From NCBI RefSeq assembly GCF_001194135.2, contig NC_068987.1:17497028-17549829 (forward strand): a stretch of 52,802 bases of DNA. Reading direction: 5' to 3'. Source of the stretch: Octopus bimaculoides (lineage: Eukaryota). Each line of letters opens with the position of its first letter. The first letter of the stretch is position 1. The notes beneath the pieces were generated by a model. That model had not been told where the DNA came from. It was given only the letters and a program-made list of their open reading frames with translations, and made no database searches. The position numbers and the translations under genes are program-made. This document shows positions 29,300 through 42,626 of this stretch, piece by piece.

Positions 29300-30017
29300 A
29301 ATAGATGGATTGATTGATGGATAAATAGATAAATAAATAAGAGTATAGAAGGATTCGCATTTAGATAATTAAATCCCATTAGATAGATATGCAGCGTGAG
29401 AAACGTATCCTTACGTTGAACTATTGTGAGCTTACTGATATGGGAATTAATATTAATAACACAATTAATATGATTTGATTTTCCGTTACGTATCGTATTT
29501 GCTAAACATTCTTTGTTTAATTGGTTCAACAGCAAAAGTAATCAGACTCTAAATCAACCTTTAGTTACAGTTTAGCTAATGAATAGTCGTTTCATTGTGC
29601 TAATCTTCTCTCAATATTATCCATTTAATGATATTAATAGTTCAAAGTCAGAAGACTAAGTAAGTTAAAATGCTTAATTTTTACTCACTAATCTTTAGGT
29701 CAACAGTAAGTGAATAAATGACACTAAGTTATAAATACTTGCCAAAATTGTGATGAGTTACTACATAATGTATAACATATTGATTTTAGAATAATTCTTC
29801 CCAGTAATTAGAACATTACTAACGATTATTCCTAAGAGCGGTAAGACTGATAATGTCCTTTCAAGACATAATAATCCGATATATGTGTGTGATCAGTTAT
29901 GCTGATTTCAGGGTATCAAAAATGGAAATTGTAACATGTATGCAAAGACCAAATAAAAAACATGAAACTGCAGTTATAAAAGGAACAGTTGCAGGACGGA
30001 GCATGCGTAATACTCAC

Positions 30018-30149
30018 CGTTGAATTCATATACGTAACCACAAACCTTGCAGTGTTGTAGTTCAGATTCATTTGAACAGCACACATACATCATGTGAAAT
30101 GAGAAATCAATAGGAGAGGCAATATTTTCTAGTAAGGGGACAAAGTAAT
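30018..30149 (-). CDS. Internal exon of minus-strand gene, 132 nt, phase 1-1
   Basis: T-rich tract ..ttaaacttcag|ATTACTTT...TTCAACG|gtgagt with a consensus donor and fully open frame DYFVPLLENIASPIDFSFHMMYVCCSNESELQHCKVCGYVYEFN. Confidence 0.8.
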
Positions 30150-30384
30150 CTGAAGTTTAAGAATTTGAAATTAAGAAAAAAAAGATCTACTTTTAGAATG
30201 CTGTTGACCAGTAGATGTTCCTGTTATTATAGGGTCACTAACATGTACTTTGTTGTCCTATTGGTTCCTAAATATGCACACGCATGCATACAAAGGCGCA
30301 CACTCACACATACATGCGTATATATATATATATATATATATATATAATGTATTTCTATCGAAATATATACATATACAAATATAT

Positions 30385-30428
<44 letters not shown>

Positions 30429-31453
30429 TCATGTATGTGTGCGTGCGTGTTAGTGACTCATTTATATATTATATATTATAATGAACTTGAATTGGAAAAT
30501 AAATGAAATACATTTTCAGTCTGGAGCTTGCCTTTAATGTGAACTTGTGAATGCATAGCACATTCTTTGATCTTCTTAGATATCACACTGCGGCATGCAT
30601 ATATATACATAAGTAAATATATATACATATTATATATGCTTTTATATATATGCATATGTGTATGTCTGTGTGTCTTTTCTTTGGGTATGTATGTTTATAT
30701 ATATATAAACATATTTGTATTTGTGGGAGGATTGAAAACGTTACCTCATAAAATAGGAGAAAACGAAGTTATATAATATATAAAAGAATCCAACATTTCA
30801 TTATTTATGAATTCTACACTGAACTTCATATTTCTGTTATTCACGTGGCAGTAACTGAAAAATGAATCTACGTTTATATACGTTAGATTTGATGAAACAA
30901 AATTGTAATTTGACTGGGCGTTAGGATTTTATTGAAGTAGAAATGATATATAATACAATTCTGAATAGATAATATAAAAAAATAGAGCAATGTGAAAGAG
31001 AAAAAAAATATGAGATGAAGAGAAAGAATAAGAAACGAATATAAAAAGTGAAGAATAAAGTTTAGAACGATCATATGATATATTGATTTCAAAAATCTCT
31101 ATTTTGATGATATATGTTATAGAAAAATAAACGTAAGTAGGCAAAGATAGGGTAAAAAAAAAACACAACGATGCAAAGTGAAAGGAATGTATCGTTTACA
31201 TTGTATAAAACTTTAAGAAAACATATAGAAACTTATGCAACTACTATTTTTTTTAAAAACTGATTGAAGAATATTGATAAAATAAGACTAAGTTAAAAAG
31301 AGAATAAAGAAAATGTATTGAGGTTTACACCGTTCGTATATTTTGATATAGAAAGGTTATGTAAACAGTAATTGTGTGGCATTAAATATAAACTTATAAA
31401 GCTATATCATTATTAATATATGATTGTTCAACTAGATGGAGATGAGAATATAC

Positions 31454-31519
31454 CTGTATTGGATTTAAATATATAGATAATAATTTCTGGTAAATAGATT
31501 TGGAGTGTTTCAGTAGAAT
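31454..31519 (-). CDS. Probable internal exon, 66 nt, phase 1-1
   Basis: gcatag|ATTCTACT...AATACAG|gtatat, frame DSTETLQIYLPEIIIYIFKSNT. Phase-compatible with both neighbouring exons. Confidence 0.5.
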
Positions 31520-31896
31520 CTATGCGTTGTGTCGGCAAAATGAAATTAATTCAGCGCGTATTGAATTTAATTTCAGTAAAGCTTAGAATAATGTTTCTCT
31601 GAAATGGGTAATTTTCCAGGATTGATATGCATGATCTCCGACTTCTCATTTGATGTTGAAATTTCTATGGCTCTTCTTAAAATCCAATATCATAACTAGC
31701 CTTGTCGAAGCTTTGAATGTATCACATCCGTATGTTCATTGTCTCTCAATTTGTATGGTTTAACTGTTGATCCTCACGTTTCTACAGAAATTTTTATCAC
31801 TAAGGGTTAATCGTTTGTTCTCTCAATATGTGCACTATTTGGATAGGATCAAGTGTAATGGGAAATTCTAGATATTTGCAGTTGTTGTTAGAAATG

Positions 31897-32108
31897 GCAG
31901 CGAGTCGGCAAAGTTGCTAGCACGCAGTGCAAATTTCTTCACGGCATTTCATCCGTCTTTACGCTCTAAGTTCAGATTCTGCCAAGGTCGACTTGCTCGT
32001 CATCACTTCAGAGTTGATATAAAAGTACAAGTTGAGCACTATGATCTATGCAATCGATTTATCCTTCCCCCGAAATTCCTGCCCTATTGCCAAAATTTGA
32101 AATATCAG
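31897..32108 (+). mobile_element. SINE family A, degenerate
   Basis: ggcagcgagtcggcaaag..tttacgctctaagttcagattctgccaaggtcgac..aagtacaagttgagcac. Confidence 0.8.
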
Positions 32109-32199
32109 AAATATATTCGACATAAGGGAGAGTAAATCTGACACTTTACGATTTGGTCCGAAATATTATCACATTCATGATGACCGGACAAAAGCGCAC

Positions 32200-32560
32200 A
32201 CAAGGGTGTATGTGTGGTTAAGAAGGTCGCTACGCAGCCATTTGACTTAGGGATCATTGCCACTGCATGACACCCTAGGCAAGTGTTTTAATACTATAAC
32301 GCCAGCCCGGGCAAATATATTGTGAATGAATTGTGTACACGGAAACTGTGTGGAAACTCATCACGTATACATATGCGTGTGGGTGTATACCTTTGGGTGT
32401 GTAACGTAGCGGCTTGGCCATAGTGACAAACTGGATAAATATCAATTTTCGTTTTAAATAGTAAGAATTGTGAAACTATTTGTTCGTCTAAAGGCTTCAG
32501 GGTTAGTGCCCAGGCATGACCGCAGTCTAATGATTGAAACAAGTAAAATAATAAAAAGAT
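32200..32560 (+). mobile_element. SINE family C, long degenerate copy with tail
   Basis: Head tgtgtggttaagaag..ccactgcatgacaccctaggcaagtg and tail gtgcccaggcatgaccgcagtctaatgattgaaacaagtaaaa. Confidence 0.75.
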
Positions 32561-33025
32561 ACGGAATATTTATGCAAAACCTTTTAGAAATTTCATACAG
32601 TAGATCTACTTAATTCACAATTATAGTAACTGTCACTTTATATTTTCTTCCTCTAAAAAGCTTTTCATTTTATAATTATCGATAATTAATATTTTTTTAT
32701 CAGTATTTTGTGATCAAATTTCATTGGAGTAATTCGGTACATTATTGAATGAGATTTCATCGCTTCAGAATAATAATTAGTGAAATCTTATGAAAGAAGC
32801 AAAAGATAAACCTTTTAGGCATAAGTCTGAATTGTCAGGTTTACGTTCGAATTGCACGCAAACACACACTCACACATACATACATACATATATACATACA
32901 TACACCATATGTATGTGTGTGCGCGCGCGTGTGTTTATATGTATATTTATGTATATATGCATATATATATATATATATATACATGTACATATACAAATAT
33001 ATATACACATACATGTAAATATATT

Positions 33026-33062
<37 letters not shown>

Positions 33063-33064
<2 letters not shown>

Positions 33065-34023
33065 GCAAAGTGTTCGAAAGTGATGGAATGAGTTGACAAT
33101 CTGACGGTGCCAAGCCTGGAGAGTATGGATGATGAGGCAGCTGTTCACATTCGAGTTCTTGAACCGCGGCTTTGGTCATATTGACAATGTGAGGACGGGT
33201 GTTGCTGTGTTGTTGCAAAAGAACGCCATTTCGCCTATTCAGTCTGTTTTGCTGAATTGCTTTGTTGAGTCGGTGCAGTTGTTGAACAGTGAGCTCTGCA
33301 TTTAGTGTTTGCTTGCCATGAAGCAGTTCGTAATGAATTATGCTTCCCCAGTCCCACCATACACACAACATGGTCTTTTGAGAATGAAGGTCTCATTTTT
33401 CTCGCCTAGACTCCTGTTTTGGGGGGCTGAGTCATTCTTTTCGTTGCTTCATATTGCCATAAAGGCACCACTTTTCATCGGCAGTGACAATGCGGTAAGG
33501 AAAACGCTTTTTGTGACCATGTGTTGAGCGTTGTCGTGCAAGCAAACAGGTAGCGATTGTGGAGCGTTGAATTTTGTTGTTTTGCTCAAAGTGTGTAGCA
33601 CCCAAGCGCCGAGCTTCAGAACCTTGCCTATCAAGTGAAGCTGGTTCGCCACAGATTTTTATTACAATCTATCTGCTCCGCCAATTCTCTGGTCGTTTGA
33701 CGTGGATTTTCGTGAAGAAGTTGATCCGTAATTGAGGCATTGGTCCTTCTCCATACACAAATCTCCCGAGCAGCTTTGGTGACCTTAACACCTCGACTGA
33801 ATTGCAAAAGGCAAATGATGTCGAAAATGCTCAGTTTTGTCCACTTGACGTTCCAATATAACGATCTGAAAATTCACTAAAATAAATAAAATTTTAAAAT
33901 CAAAACACACTATCTTGTAGAGCAAAAACTCCTCTTTTAAATAACATAACAATTTTGCCAATATCTTCTATTTCTGTGTGCATTTTTAAATTTCAATAAA
34001 GCTCATGAATTATTCAACTACCA
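33063..34023 (-). mobile_element. Mariner (D,D34D-type) element with pseudogenised transposase (about 33063-33856)
   Basis: Translates ERQVDKTEHFRHHL, GAWVLHTL, YRIVTADEKWCLY, KTMLCVWWDWGSIIHYELL and PHHPYSPGLAPSD (YSPDLAP motif). Has frameshifts, a stop and an apparent internal deletion; the 3' end is replaced by (TA)n. Confidence 0.95.
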
Positions 34024-34180
34024 ANNNNNNNNNNNNNNNNNNNNNNNNNNNNNNNNNNNNNNNNNNNNNNNNNNNNNNNNNNNNNNNNNNNNNNNNNNNN
34101 NNNNNNNNNNNNNNNNNNNNNNNNNNNNNNNNNNNNNNNNNNNNNNNNNNNNNNNNNNNGATGTGTGTATATGTAAGCAA

Positions 34181-34549
34181 CTAGTACTTAATTTATCGAC
34201 GCCGAAAGGATGAAAGGCAAAGTCAACCACGTTGGAATTTGAACTCAGATCGTAAAGACAGACGAAACACTGCTAAGCATTTCAACCGGCGTGCTAACGT
34301 TTCTTATTTCTTTATTGCCCAACAGGGTCCAAACATAGAGGGGGAAAACAAACACAGACAGAGGGATTAAGTCGATTACATCGACCCCAGTGCGCAACTG
34401 GTACTTAATTTATCGACCCCGAAAGGATGAAAGGCAAAGTCGACCACGTTGGAATTTGAACTCGGATCGTAAAGACAGACAAAACACTGCTAAACATTTC
34501 ACCCGCCGTGCTAACGTTTCTGCCAGCTCACCGCCTTACCACGCATGAA
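34181..34549 (-). mobile_element. Head-to-tail dimer of family A SINE
   Basis: Units 34181-34303 and 34304-34549 each carry gaaaggatgaaaggcaaagtc..gtgctaacgtttct. Confidence 0.9.
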
Positions 34550-35487
34550 TATTATTTAAGAGAGCGGGGTTGTCAAGAGAAATTTTCTCGTAGTTGTTGC
34601 GGGGGTGACTCCTATAAAATTGGATGCCGGTTAACTGCGGAAGATTTATAGGAAGACACATAATTAGATATTTCCTTATATTGAGTAGTGAACTGACATA
34701 ATATTTTAGTCGTGCAACACGATACTATTTGAGTTCATGTTTTTACTTTATCTATTCCATTTATATTTTTCTCATTTTACTATCATTTCTATCTGTATGT
34801 TTTGTGTTCATGCCGAATTATCAGCAGATACTATGTAAAATATATACGTGTATAAATTGATAAAATTACCATGACGCTTTATTATTTTTATTTTCTTCAG
34901 TATTTAACTGTACATTTAAATGTTCTTTACGTATATTCAATTCTCGAATTAATCCCACTGGAATAGCGCTAGGAGAAAATTGCAACACAGATCGAAATCA
35001 AAGCATACAACATCGCAGCAGTCTCTAAAGGAAAAGGATGGAAGAAAAACAAAGACAGGATAGATTGGAAGAGATAGGAAGACAGGTGGTGTATATATTA
35101 AATAATATCATTATCCAACTCTCATGTGAATTTCACACGGCGGAGCGTTTTGCTTTGTAATGAAATTTAAATGTCCGTAAGTTGTGTGATACAGCGAATG
35201 CATTGGTCATAACCCAGTTAAATTTCATTATTCTTTTGTTAGGAAGCAGATTTGTTCTATGGTGCTGCATAATCTATTATAAGATCTCGTGGGAAGGGCT
35301 TTGACAGTTCTACAGCGAACACCGAATAACTGCACATGCGTACAAGAACTGGTAAACGTATACTAATGATATTCTTGTCTGTTTTTAGTTTCTGCATTGA
35401 CGGCCTTAGGCGAATAAAATATCGACGCTAAGCTTCGATAAATACATATCTAATTACTTATTTTGATAGCACTATAATATGATAATA

Positions 35488-35529
<42 letters not shown>

Positions 35530-36665
35530 CTGATATATAAAATAGACGTGTGAAACGGGCTGCGCGATTTGATTCCATATATGGGATGCATGAATTAATT
35601 GACCTCGGATATATAATAGGGTCTTAATTTTAGTTTTCTATTAAGATATAAATAATATTGCTTTATATATATGATTCGTTTCTTTAAAAAAGGTTTTTCA
35701 ATGTCACCTTCCGGTACTGACGTAGCAAGTGCTGCTAGCTAGACACAGATGTGTATGTCTGGTTAATCAGCATAATCAGACGGTGACTAGGACAAGGCTC
35801 GACGGTCAAGCGACAGTAGATGACTGACGCGATATATGCGTTAGCGACATCTTCCCGACCTTTCAGGGAGAGCTTTCTCTCGGCCCATTTCTGGTTGAGA
35901 GTAGTCACAATAGCAAAGCTGAAATAAATTGCTACAAATGTAAAGACAGAGCGCCTATCAAAATTATAATCGCTGAGAACTGTAAGAGTTCTCCGCAGTG
36001 TTCTTGAAGCATGATCCGTAGATAAGTGTCACCTTAGTCTTCTGGTTGTGGACAGGTGACACTTCTCATCATACCCAGCAAAATAAGCTGAGAGTTTTAA
36101 TCAAATAATAATACTACTATAATAATTTCTTGCCTCTAGCCTTACAATCGGAATTTGATTCGAAATGATACTTGCTTTATTTTTCAGTATATGTTGAGTT
36201 CTGCTGTAGCCTATATTTTCTTCCCCTTAAATCCTCGACGCCAATGCCTATGCAAATTTTCTATAGGATTTGTATGTAACTCTCATATAGCTTTGTGTTG
36301 ATTTATTGCCTATAAATTGCATGAATGACTCCAGTACTCAGATGAATTATGTTTGTTTTTGTTTATGTGGTACTAATAATCCATTTGGAAAATATGTGAA
36401 CACCATGATATTTTATTGCTCTTCGCTAAATATATTTCAACTAGGCACTAACTGGTGAAAAAAAAAAGTATATTAATTTTTACATAAAAAAAAATATTTA
36501 CATATATTCACGATACGAAAAGCTTTTTATACATCAATCGTTGGAGATGGTAAATTAAAACTTCAACTTCATTGAAGCACATTTTACATTTAATCTCGCC
36601 TGCTCCTATAAAATAAGTAAAAGATATATAATAGATACGTCGCAAATCAATGCATTTTACCGTAC

Positions 36666-36809
36666 CCTGCACGTTGGATGAAAGAAAAACAAACTTTCTC
36701 ATGTCTGGCCTCAAGAAATCGATACATTCACTTGCGTAAGAGGGAGGGAAAATAGCTGTCACAATCAGAGCGCCAGATATATTTAGATATGTCTCAATAA
36801 ATGCCAAAT
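36666..36809 (-). CDS. Internal exon, 144 nt, phase 1-1
   Basis: ctgcag|ATTTGGCA...GTGCAGG|gtacgg with open frame (Y)LAFIETYLNISGALIVTAIFPPSYASECIDFLRPDMRKFVFLSSNVQ. Confidence 0.75.
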
Positions 36810-37499
36810 CTGCAGATCTTTATTTGGGCTATTATCTCGAATAGATCAATAAATTAAATACCAGTTAGAATATGGGATAGATTAAATTGACTATATCTTT
36901 TTCTTTTACCAAAATAGACACAATTTCTATAACACAAATCAATATCTTTATCTGGCATAAATGCTTGCATTTATCTATATTTGCTTCAAAGCACCTTTCC
37001 ACGTTTCCACGTATCGATTTTTATGTTGGTTACCCTTTTTTCCCTTTCTTTATTATATCAACACACACAGATAAACAGAGACACGGAAATGTACACACTC
37101 CAGCAGACGCGCACACAAAATACTAATACACATTCACGCACACACACACACACACACACTCATATCTACGACTATGTACTTATGTATTTCCTCTGTGCGT
37201 GTATTCGTGTGAGAAGGTGGGCGGATGTTTTCGTGTAATTCTGCATTTGTACTGTTTCTATAAATGCATGTATTTAAAATCCCAGCACGCACCGATAAGA
37301 AAATAACTGCAATAGCTGAACGAACGCCAAGCGTTCGGTTTTAAATTTATGGGATTTTTACTGAACAGCTGCACATTCCAAAATTTGTGTGCGGCTATGT
37401 ACTTACGCATTTCCGTACGTAAATACATGCATACAAACATACATACATATACACACATACATACATACACATATACATATATATGAATATATGTGTGTT

Positions 37500-37578
<79 letters not shown>

Positions 37579-37829
37579 GTATATATGTATACATAGAAGC
37601 ATACATACATGCAATTATGCATATATATTTATGTATAGGTGTTACATATGTATATATATGTATATATGTGTACATACACAATGATTTCTACGTATACATG
37701 TATATATATGTGGGTGTATGTATGAATGTATATTTTAGTCGCATCTCTGAAAAATTACAGATAGTTCAATAAAACATGCAAATGAAATCGTCCTCCGTCC
37801 TGCATCCAGATAGATTTTTACGAACTTAC

Positions 37830-38000
37830 AATTCGCCACTTGCCACTCTGATGAAGGTCTATTTAATTTTGGAGTTCTTGTCTTAAAAATATCAACTCGA
37901 CTATGAAGTACCTCAGAAAACAGTTGCATGCAATTAAACGATATGAATCCAGAAATGTTCAAGGCCAGAACAGATTCATGGAAGTGGAATACTCCTTTTT
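37830..38000 (-). CDS. Internal exon, 171 nt (or 180 nt from 38009), ending in phase 1
   Basis: Consensus donor GCGAATT|gtaagt. Open frame KGVFHFHESVLALNISGFISFNCMQLFSEVLHSRVDIFKTRTPKLNRPSSEWQVAN. Two possible acceptors: ttag at 38001-38003 (phase 1) and ctag just above 38009 (phase 0). Confidence 0.8.
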
Positions 38001-38059
38001 CTAACAATTGCTAGAATTCGCTGGCCTATACTTCTGCTTTATTTGCCTACTCTGAGTAG

Positions 38060-38150
38060 ATCAAAATCAAAGATAACCTGGAGGGGATTTGAACTCAATG
38101 CACATAGCGGTAGAACAGGTATCTTCAAGCTTCCATTTCGGCCGTCCCAA
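38060..38150 (-). mobile_element. Family A SINE remnant
   Basis: aaagataacctggaggggatttgaactca resembles the family A B-box region. Confidence 0.5.
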
Positions 38151-39037
38151 TATTTTCTCTCTTATACTTTCACTTTCTTTAGACGCACACATATATACAC
38201 ACAGGTACGCATATATATTATACAGTATACATACGTATATACGTGTCTTGTGGGCAAATCCGCTTACGGGCTTTTGAAACAACTTGTCGTCTTGTGGTAG
38301 AAAGAGACCAAAGTCGTAAAGGCAATATTAGAGACAGCAGAAATGTTTTTCAGCTGGATCTGGTCGAGAACGAACAAAAATGACCCACATAACGTTCGTT
38401 TGAAGGAAATAAGTCACTGCAGTAGTGTTGACGTTTCACGACTAACAAGACAACAACGTTATTATTTTTTTTTTTAAGTATAAGTTTGAACGCTCAGTCA
38501 AATGATAGGAGTTCCATCTCGACGAAATATCCAAGTGGTTTAAATGCACAATTCTCCGATAGTTAAGAGGATAGAAATGTGAGCAGAAGGGGATCAAGGT
38601 ATCATGACATGAATGTGGTTCGACCCTCATAAGGCGTAAGAACTTCAGGGCCGAAATACTTGCCTGATGGGAGATACTTGATTCTTAACTCTGCTGAGAG
38701 CAGTAGTGCTGTGTTGCATGTCGATGATCGTTCAAGTATGACTCATACATGAATATATTTTAATTATGTTGTGTGCTTCATAGAGCAAGACCTGCTTTGG
38801 AGCTTCTATCGTGGACAATCTGCAATATTGATTGATATCCGCTTACATCTATTTTAACTTACATAAACAGCTAATATTAAGGGGCAAAGCCATCCATATA
38901 ACAATTTTAATTACTGCTTGCCTATGGAATAAAGGGTTTATATTTCTAGCTTAAACATGGATATAAAACAGCGTTACTGAGTTTATTGTTGGTAAGAGCC
39001 ATAGATATGGAGAGAGAAAAGGAAATAGAGAGAAAGC

Positions 39038-39092
<55 letters not shown>

Positions 39093-39585
39093 TAAGAGAG
39101 AGTGGTGGGAAACTAAGTTTAAAGGGCAATATATTTAGCATCGGTTTTTCTCGCCATTTATTTAATTTAACACTGCTAACGCTCTTTAAGGAGGAGTATG
39201 AGTTTCAAACGTTCCAGAAGTACAGTTAATTGGAAAACAGGTAATTTATGAGTAGTTTAAAAAGAAATCATTCATTAATAACTGCAGGACAGTGGAAACT
39301 GGTACCTTGGCAGTCAAAAGGACACACTGCTTGTAGTTAGTTTTATCAACAGTCTCAGTTGAAGTAGCCTAGAAGTAAATATTTTCTTTCAGTTCTTCGA
39401 TTTCGCTAAGTAATACTATTCGGCAATGGGATATATTTAAACGAATATAGCCCAAACTCAGTTTTTGTGATTTCTCCAGAGCATAGAACTCAATATTTAT
39501 GTACAAGTGTTTTACGTAAAAATGTTTATCACAGAAGCACTAACAGCGTTATTTTGTCGTAATCACAGGTCCTCTATATGAAAAT

Positions 39586-39783
39586 GAGCTGGTTTGATCG
39601 TTAGCACCGGACAAAATTCTTAGGGGCATTTCCATCTGACCTTACGTTCTGACTTCAAATTCTTCCAAGGTCCACTTTGCCTTTCATCTTTTAGAGGTTG
39701 ATAAAATAAGTACCAGTTGAGTAATCGACTTACCACCTTCCCTGAACTTGCTGTCCTTGTGCCAAACTTTGAAAGCAACATTA
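39586..39783 (+). mobile_element. SINE family A
   Basis: gatcgttagcaccgg..ttacgttctgacttcaaatt..actttgcctttcatc..aagtaccagttgag. Confidence 0.85.
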
Positions 39784-41057
39784 AGTGGTAGAGCGAAAAA
39801 CATAAGACAGTGAAATCATGTTTGATTTTATAGTAAATGTTGTTTTCTACACTAAGGCAGNNNNNNNNNNNNNNNNNNNNNNNNNNNNNNNNNNNNNNNN
39901 NNNNNNNNNNNNNNNNNNNNNNNNNNNNNNNNNNNNNNNNNNNNNNNNNNNNNNNNNNNNNNNNNNNNNNNNNNNNNNNNNNNNNNNNNNNNNNNNNNNN
40001 NNNNNNNNNNNNNATATATATATATATATATATAAGGCGGAAAATATTTTAATGGGGAAACACACGTGGAGGATATAAACAGAGAAAGATAAAAGATGAA
40101 AAGGCACAAAAGTTTTGTTTTACAGGATTTAAGAGTATGTTAGAGCCATGACAATAAAGATATACAATTTTGTACAGGATAAGGATTTCCTCTTTCGACA
40201 CAATTTAAGTAAGGATCGGTTTCGCATTGCTCATCAAACTGAGAGATGAAAGAGATTAATTGCTGCAGAGAAAAAAATATTGCTAGGGGAGATAAGTGTT
40301 CACTAATTTATTTTGCGGTAGAGGGGAGGTAAATCTGTAAGTTTTATTTATTTATTTTTGTACGTTCTTTGCTTTATTCTGGCTTACGTCTTCCATTAGA
40401 TGGGATAAGTTCTTTAATTTTAATATGGTTTCATATTAAATTCTCTTGTATATTTTTGGATAAAATGAGGCACCTTTATTCAATCTTACTTGTGTTAATG
40501 TCCCGAAGACAAGCTGAAAAAATGGGAAAATTTCGAATTGTGGTTGTAATCGCTCTTCACGTTCGTCAATATGTTGACTGAGGTATATTTGGCGATATTT
40601 AGGGAGGAAATTTGTTCTGTGGACCGTACATCTCTTTCGGATCGAATTTCCTGTTGATCCAATATAATTTCGATGGCAGCCTGAGCATCTGATTACGGAA
40701 ATGAGGTTTTGGGATGTGCAATGAAGTTAGATTTGATCTTGAATATTTGTCCTTGTCTAAAATGGAATTCCGATCATTCCAACAGATTGGGACAAGTTCC
40801 GCAACTATGGCGACCACACCTTACGACTCTTGCGTTCGTGGTTCTAGAGGACTGGTGAGAATTTTTTGAATGTCTTAAGTTGTTATCTCCCCTAGCAATT
40901 TATCACTTTCAATTCTCAGTTTGATGAGCAATGCAAAACCAGTACTTCAATAATGTTGAAAGAACAAAATCTTATTTTGTACAAAATTGTATAATTCCTT
41001 TATTATCATGGTCCTAATATTCTTTTAAATCCTGTAAAACAAACCTGTGTTTTTCGT

Positions 41058-41151
<94 letters not shown>

Positions 41152-41423
41152 ACAACAAGAGAAGTATCAAAATTCAATAGATTTCTACCTGTCGTATGTT
41201 CGTCTTCTGCCCAAGTTTATTTATTGGTTTAAGTGGTCAAGACTCTCCAATTTTAATCCCCAATTAATCAAACTAAGGCAGGTTACGAACAAGACCATTC
41301 AATGGTATCATGGATTGCATCCAAATTGTTTATGTTTTCATACAATCTGATGACAAAAGCCTGGAGTAGGATATGCAAGACCAAGTTTGCTAAAACAATG
41401 AATTACTTTACAGAATTCAATCA

Positions 41424-41733
41424 GGCACTCCGTCGGTAACGACGATGAAGGTTTTAGTTGATTCGATCAATGGAACAGCTTGCTCGTGAAGTTAACGAGC
41501 ACTCAACAGACGCGCGTACCCTTAATGCAGTTCTAAGGGAGATTCAGCTTGACACTGTAGGTGACAAGGCTGGCCCTTTTCAGTACAGGTACAACTCACT
41601 TTTGCTAGCTAAGCTGGCTAGAGCAACGGGAAATAAAGTGTCTTGCTCAAGAATGCAACGCACCGTCGGGAATCGAACTCACAACTGTACGATCGTGAGC
41701 TGATGGCGCTAACCACTAAGCTACGCGCCTTCA
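41424..41733 (-). mobile_element. SINE family B2 with target-site duplication
   Basis: Reverse complement of the 12912-13240 type. Flanked by acagaattcaatca (41410-41423) and acagaattcattca (41733-41746). Confidence 0.9.
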
Positions 41734-42034
41734 CAGAATTCATTCATCAACGAATTGATGTACTCTCATCATTTGTCATATGTGGCCTATATTGATGATC
41801 TGGGTTTATTACAGTCGAAAGTTTCTGGCAAAGAAATCTATTCATTGGTTTATATTCCTATTTGAAAACAGCGTTACTCTGACAATTTTACATATAGACA
41901 TTTGGTTATGAGAATTATCCTGGTCTTCTTGGTGGAAATGCGGCAGTGGTGTTTCTCTATAAAATTCAAATCACTTTCTTTTCTCTTTTTTAATTTTGAC
42001 CTATTCTTTAGGAGATTGTTTCATAGAGATTGGC

Positions 42035-42187
42035 TTCTTCTTCTTCTTCTTCTTCTTCTTCTTCTTCTTCTTCTTCTTCTTCTTCTTCTTCTTCTTCTTC
42101 TTCTTCTTCTTCTTCTTCTTCTTCTTCTTCTTCTTCTTCTTCTTCTTCTTCTTCTTCTTCTTCTTCTTCTTCTTCTTCTTCTTCTTC
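42035..42187. repeat. Long perfect (CTT)n array
   Basis: About 50 uninterrupted units; source of the poly-L/F/E ORFs. Confidence 0.95.
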
Positions 42188-42543
42188 CACCCCCTCTCCG
42201 TCCCCGTAATTCTTAATTCTCTCCTTGCATGAAAGATATGCTATGTTTTTAAGTATATTAGAGTTGACACTAATTAAAAGGAATACCTAGAAATTAGCAT
42301 ACGTTGCACAATCAAATCTAAGGAACTAGTTTTCCTGTGACAATTTAGAAATAATTAGTTAAAAATAAGTAAATAATTAATTAGCTACTGATGATGAATA
42401 ATTATATATAATCTATCATTACAGATAGAAAGACACAAAGGGAAGCTACCTAACACCACTAAAAGATCTATATTTCTTGTTTTTTATAAGTGAATGTGGC
42501 GAACATGTATCGCAACCGCGTAGGATTCAATGCAGAATTACTT

Positions 42544-42626
42544 GACTCGCAGCTTTACTCGACTCGCAGCTTTACTCGACTCGCAGCTTTATTCGACTCG
42601 CAGCTTTACTCGACTCGCAGCTTTAC
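42544..42626. repeat. 17-bp minisatellite, about 5 copies (gactcgcagctttactc)
   Basis: Units start at 42544, 42561, 42578, 42595 and 42612, with one substitution. Confidence 0.95.

Noticed and set aside
30018-30080. CKVCGYVYEF as the last zinc-ligand pair of a RING-CH domain
   Set aside because: The upstream CxC, HxxC and W residues are missing; the segment fits a cysteine-containing luminal region better.
38656-38682. atacttgcctgatgggagatacttgat resembles the 5' end of U1 snRNA
   Set aside because: The match is under 30 nt and gapped, with no downstream U1 stem-loops or Sm site. It is better explained as chance or as the complement of a GC-type splice donor.
40600-40690. CUB-like plus-strand peptide FCGPYISFGSNFLLIQYNFDGS
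   Set aside because: Only about 29 codons before a stop and no other CUB parts; likely coincidence.
42544-42626. Possible CRISPR-like array
   Set aside because: Tandem units with no unique spacers, no cas genes, and a eukaryotic context.
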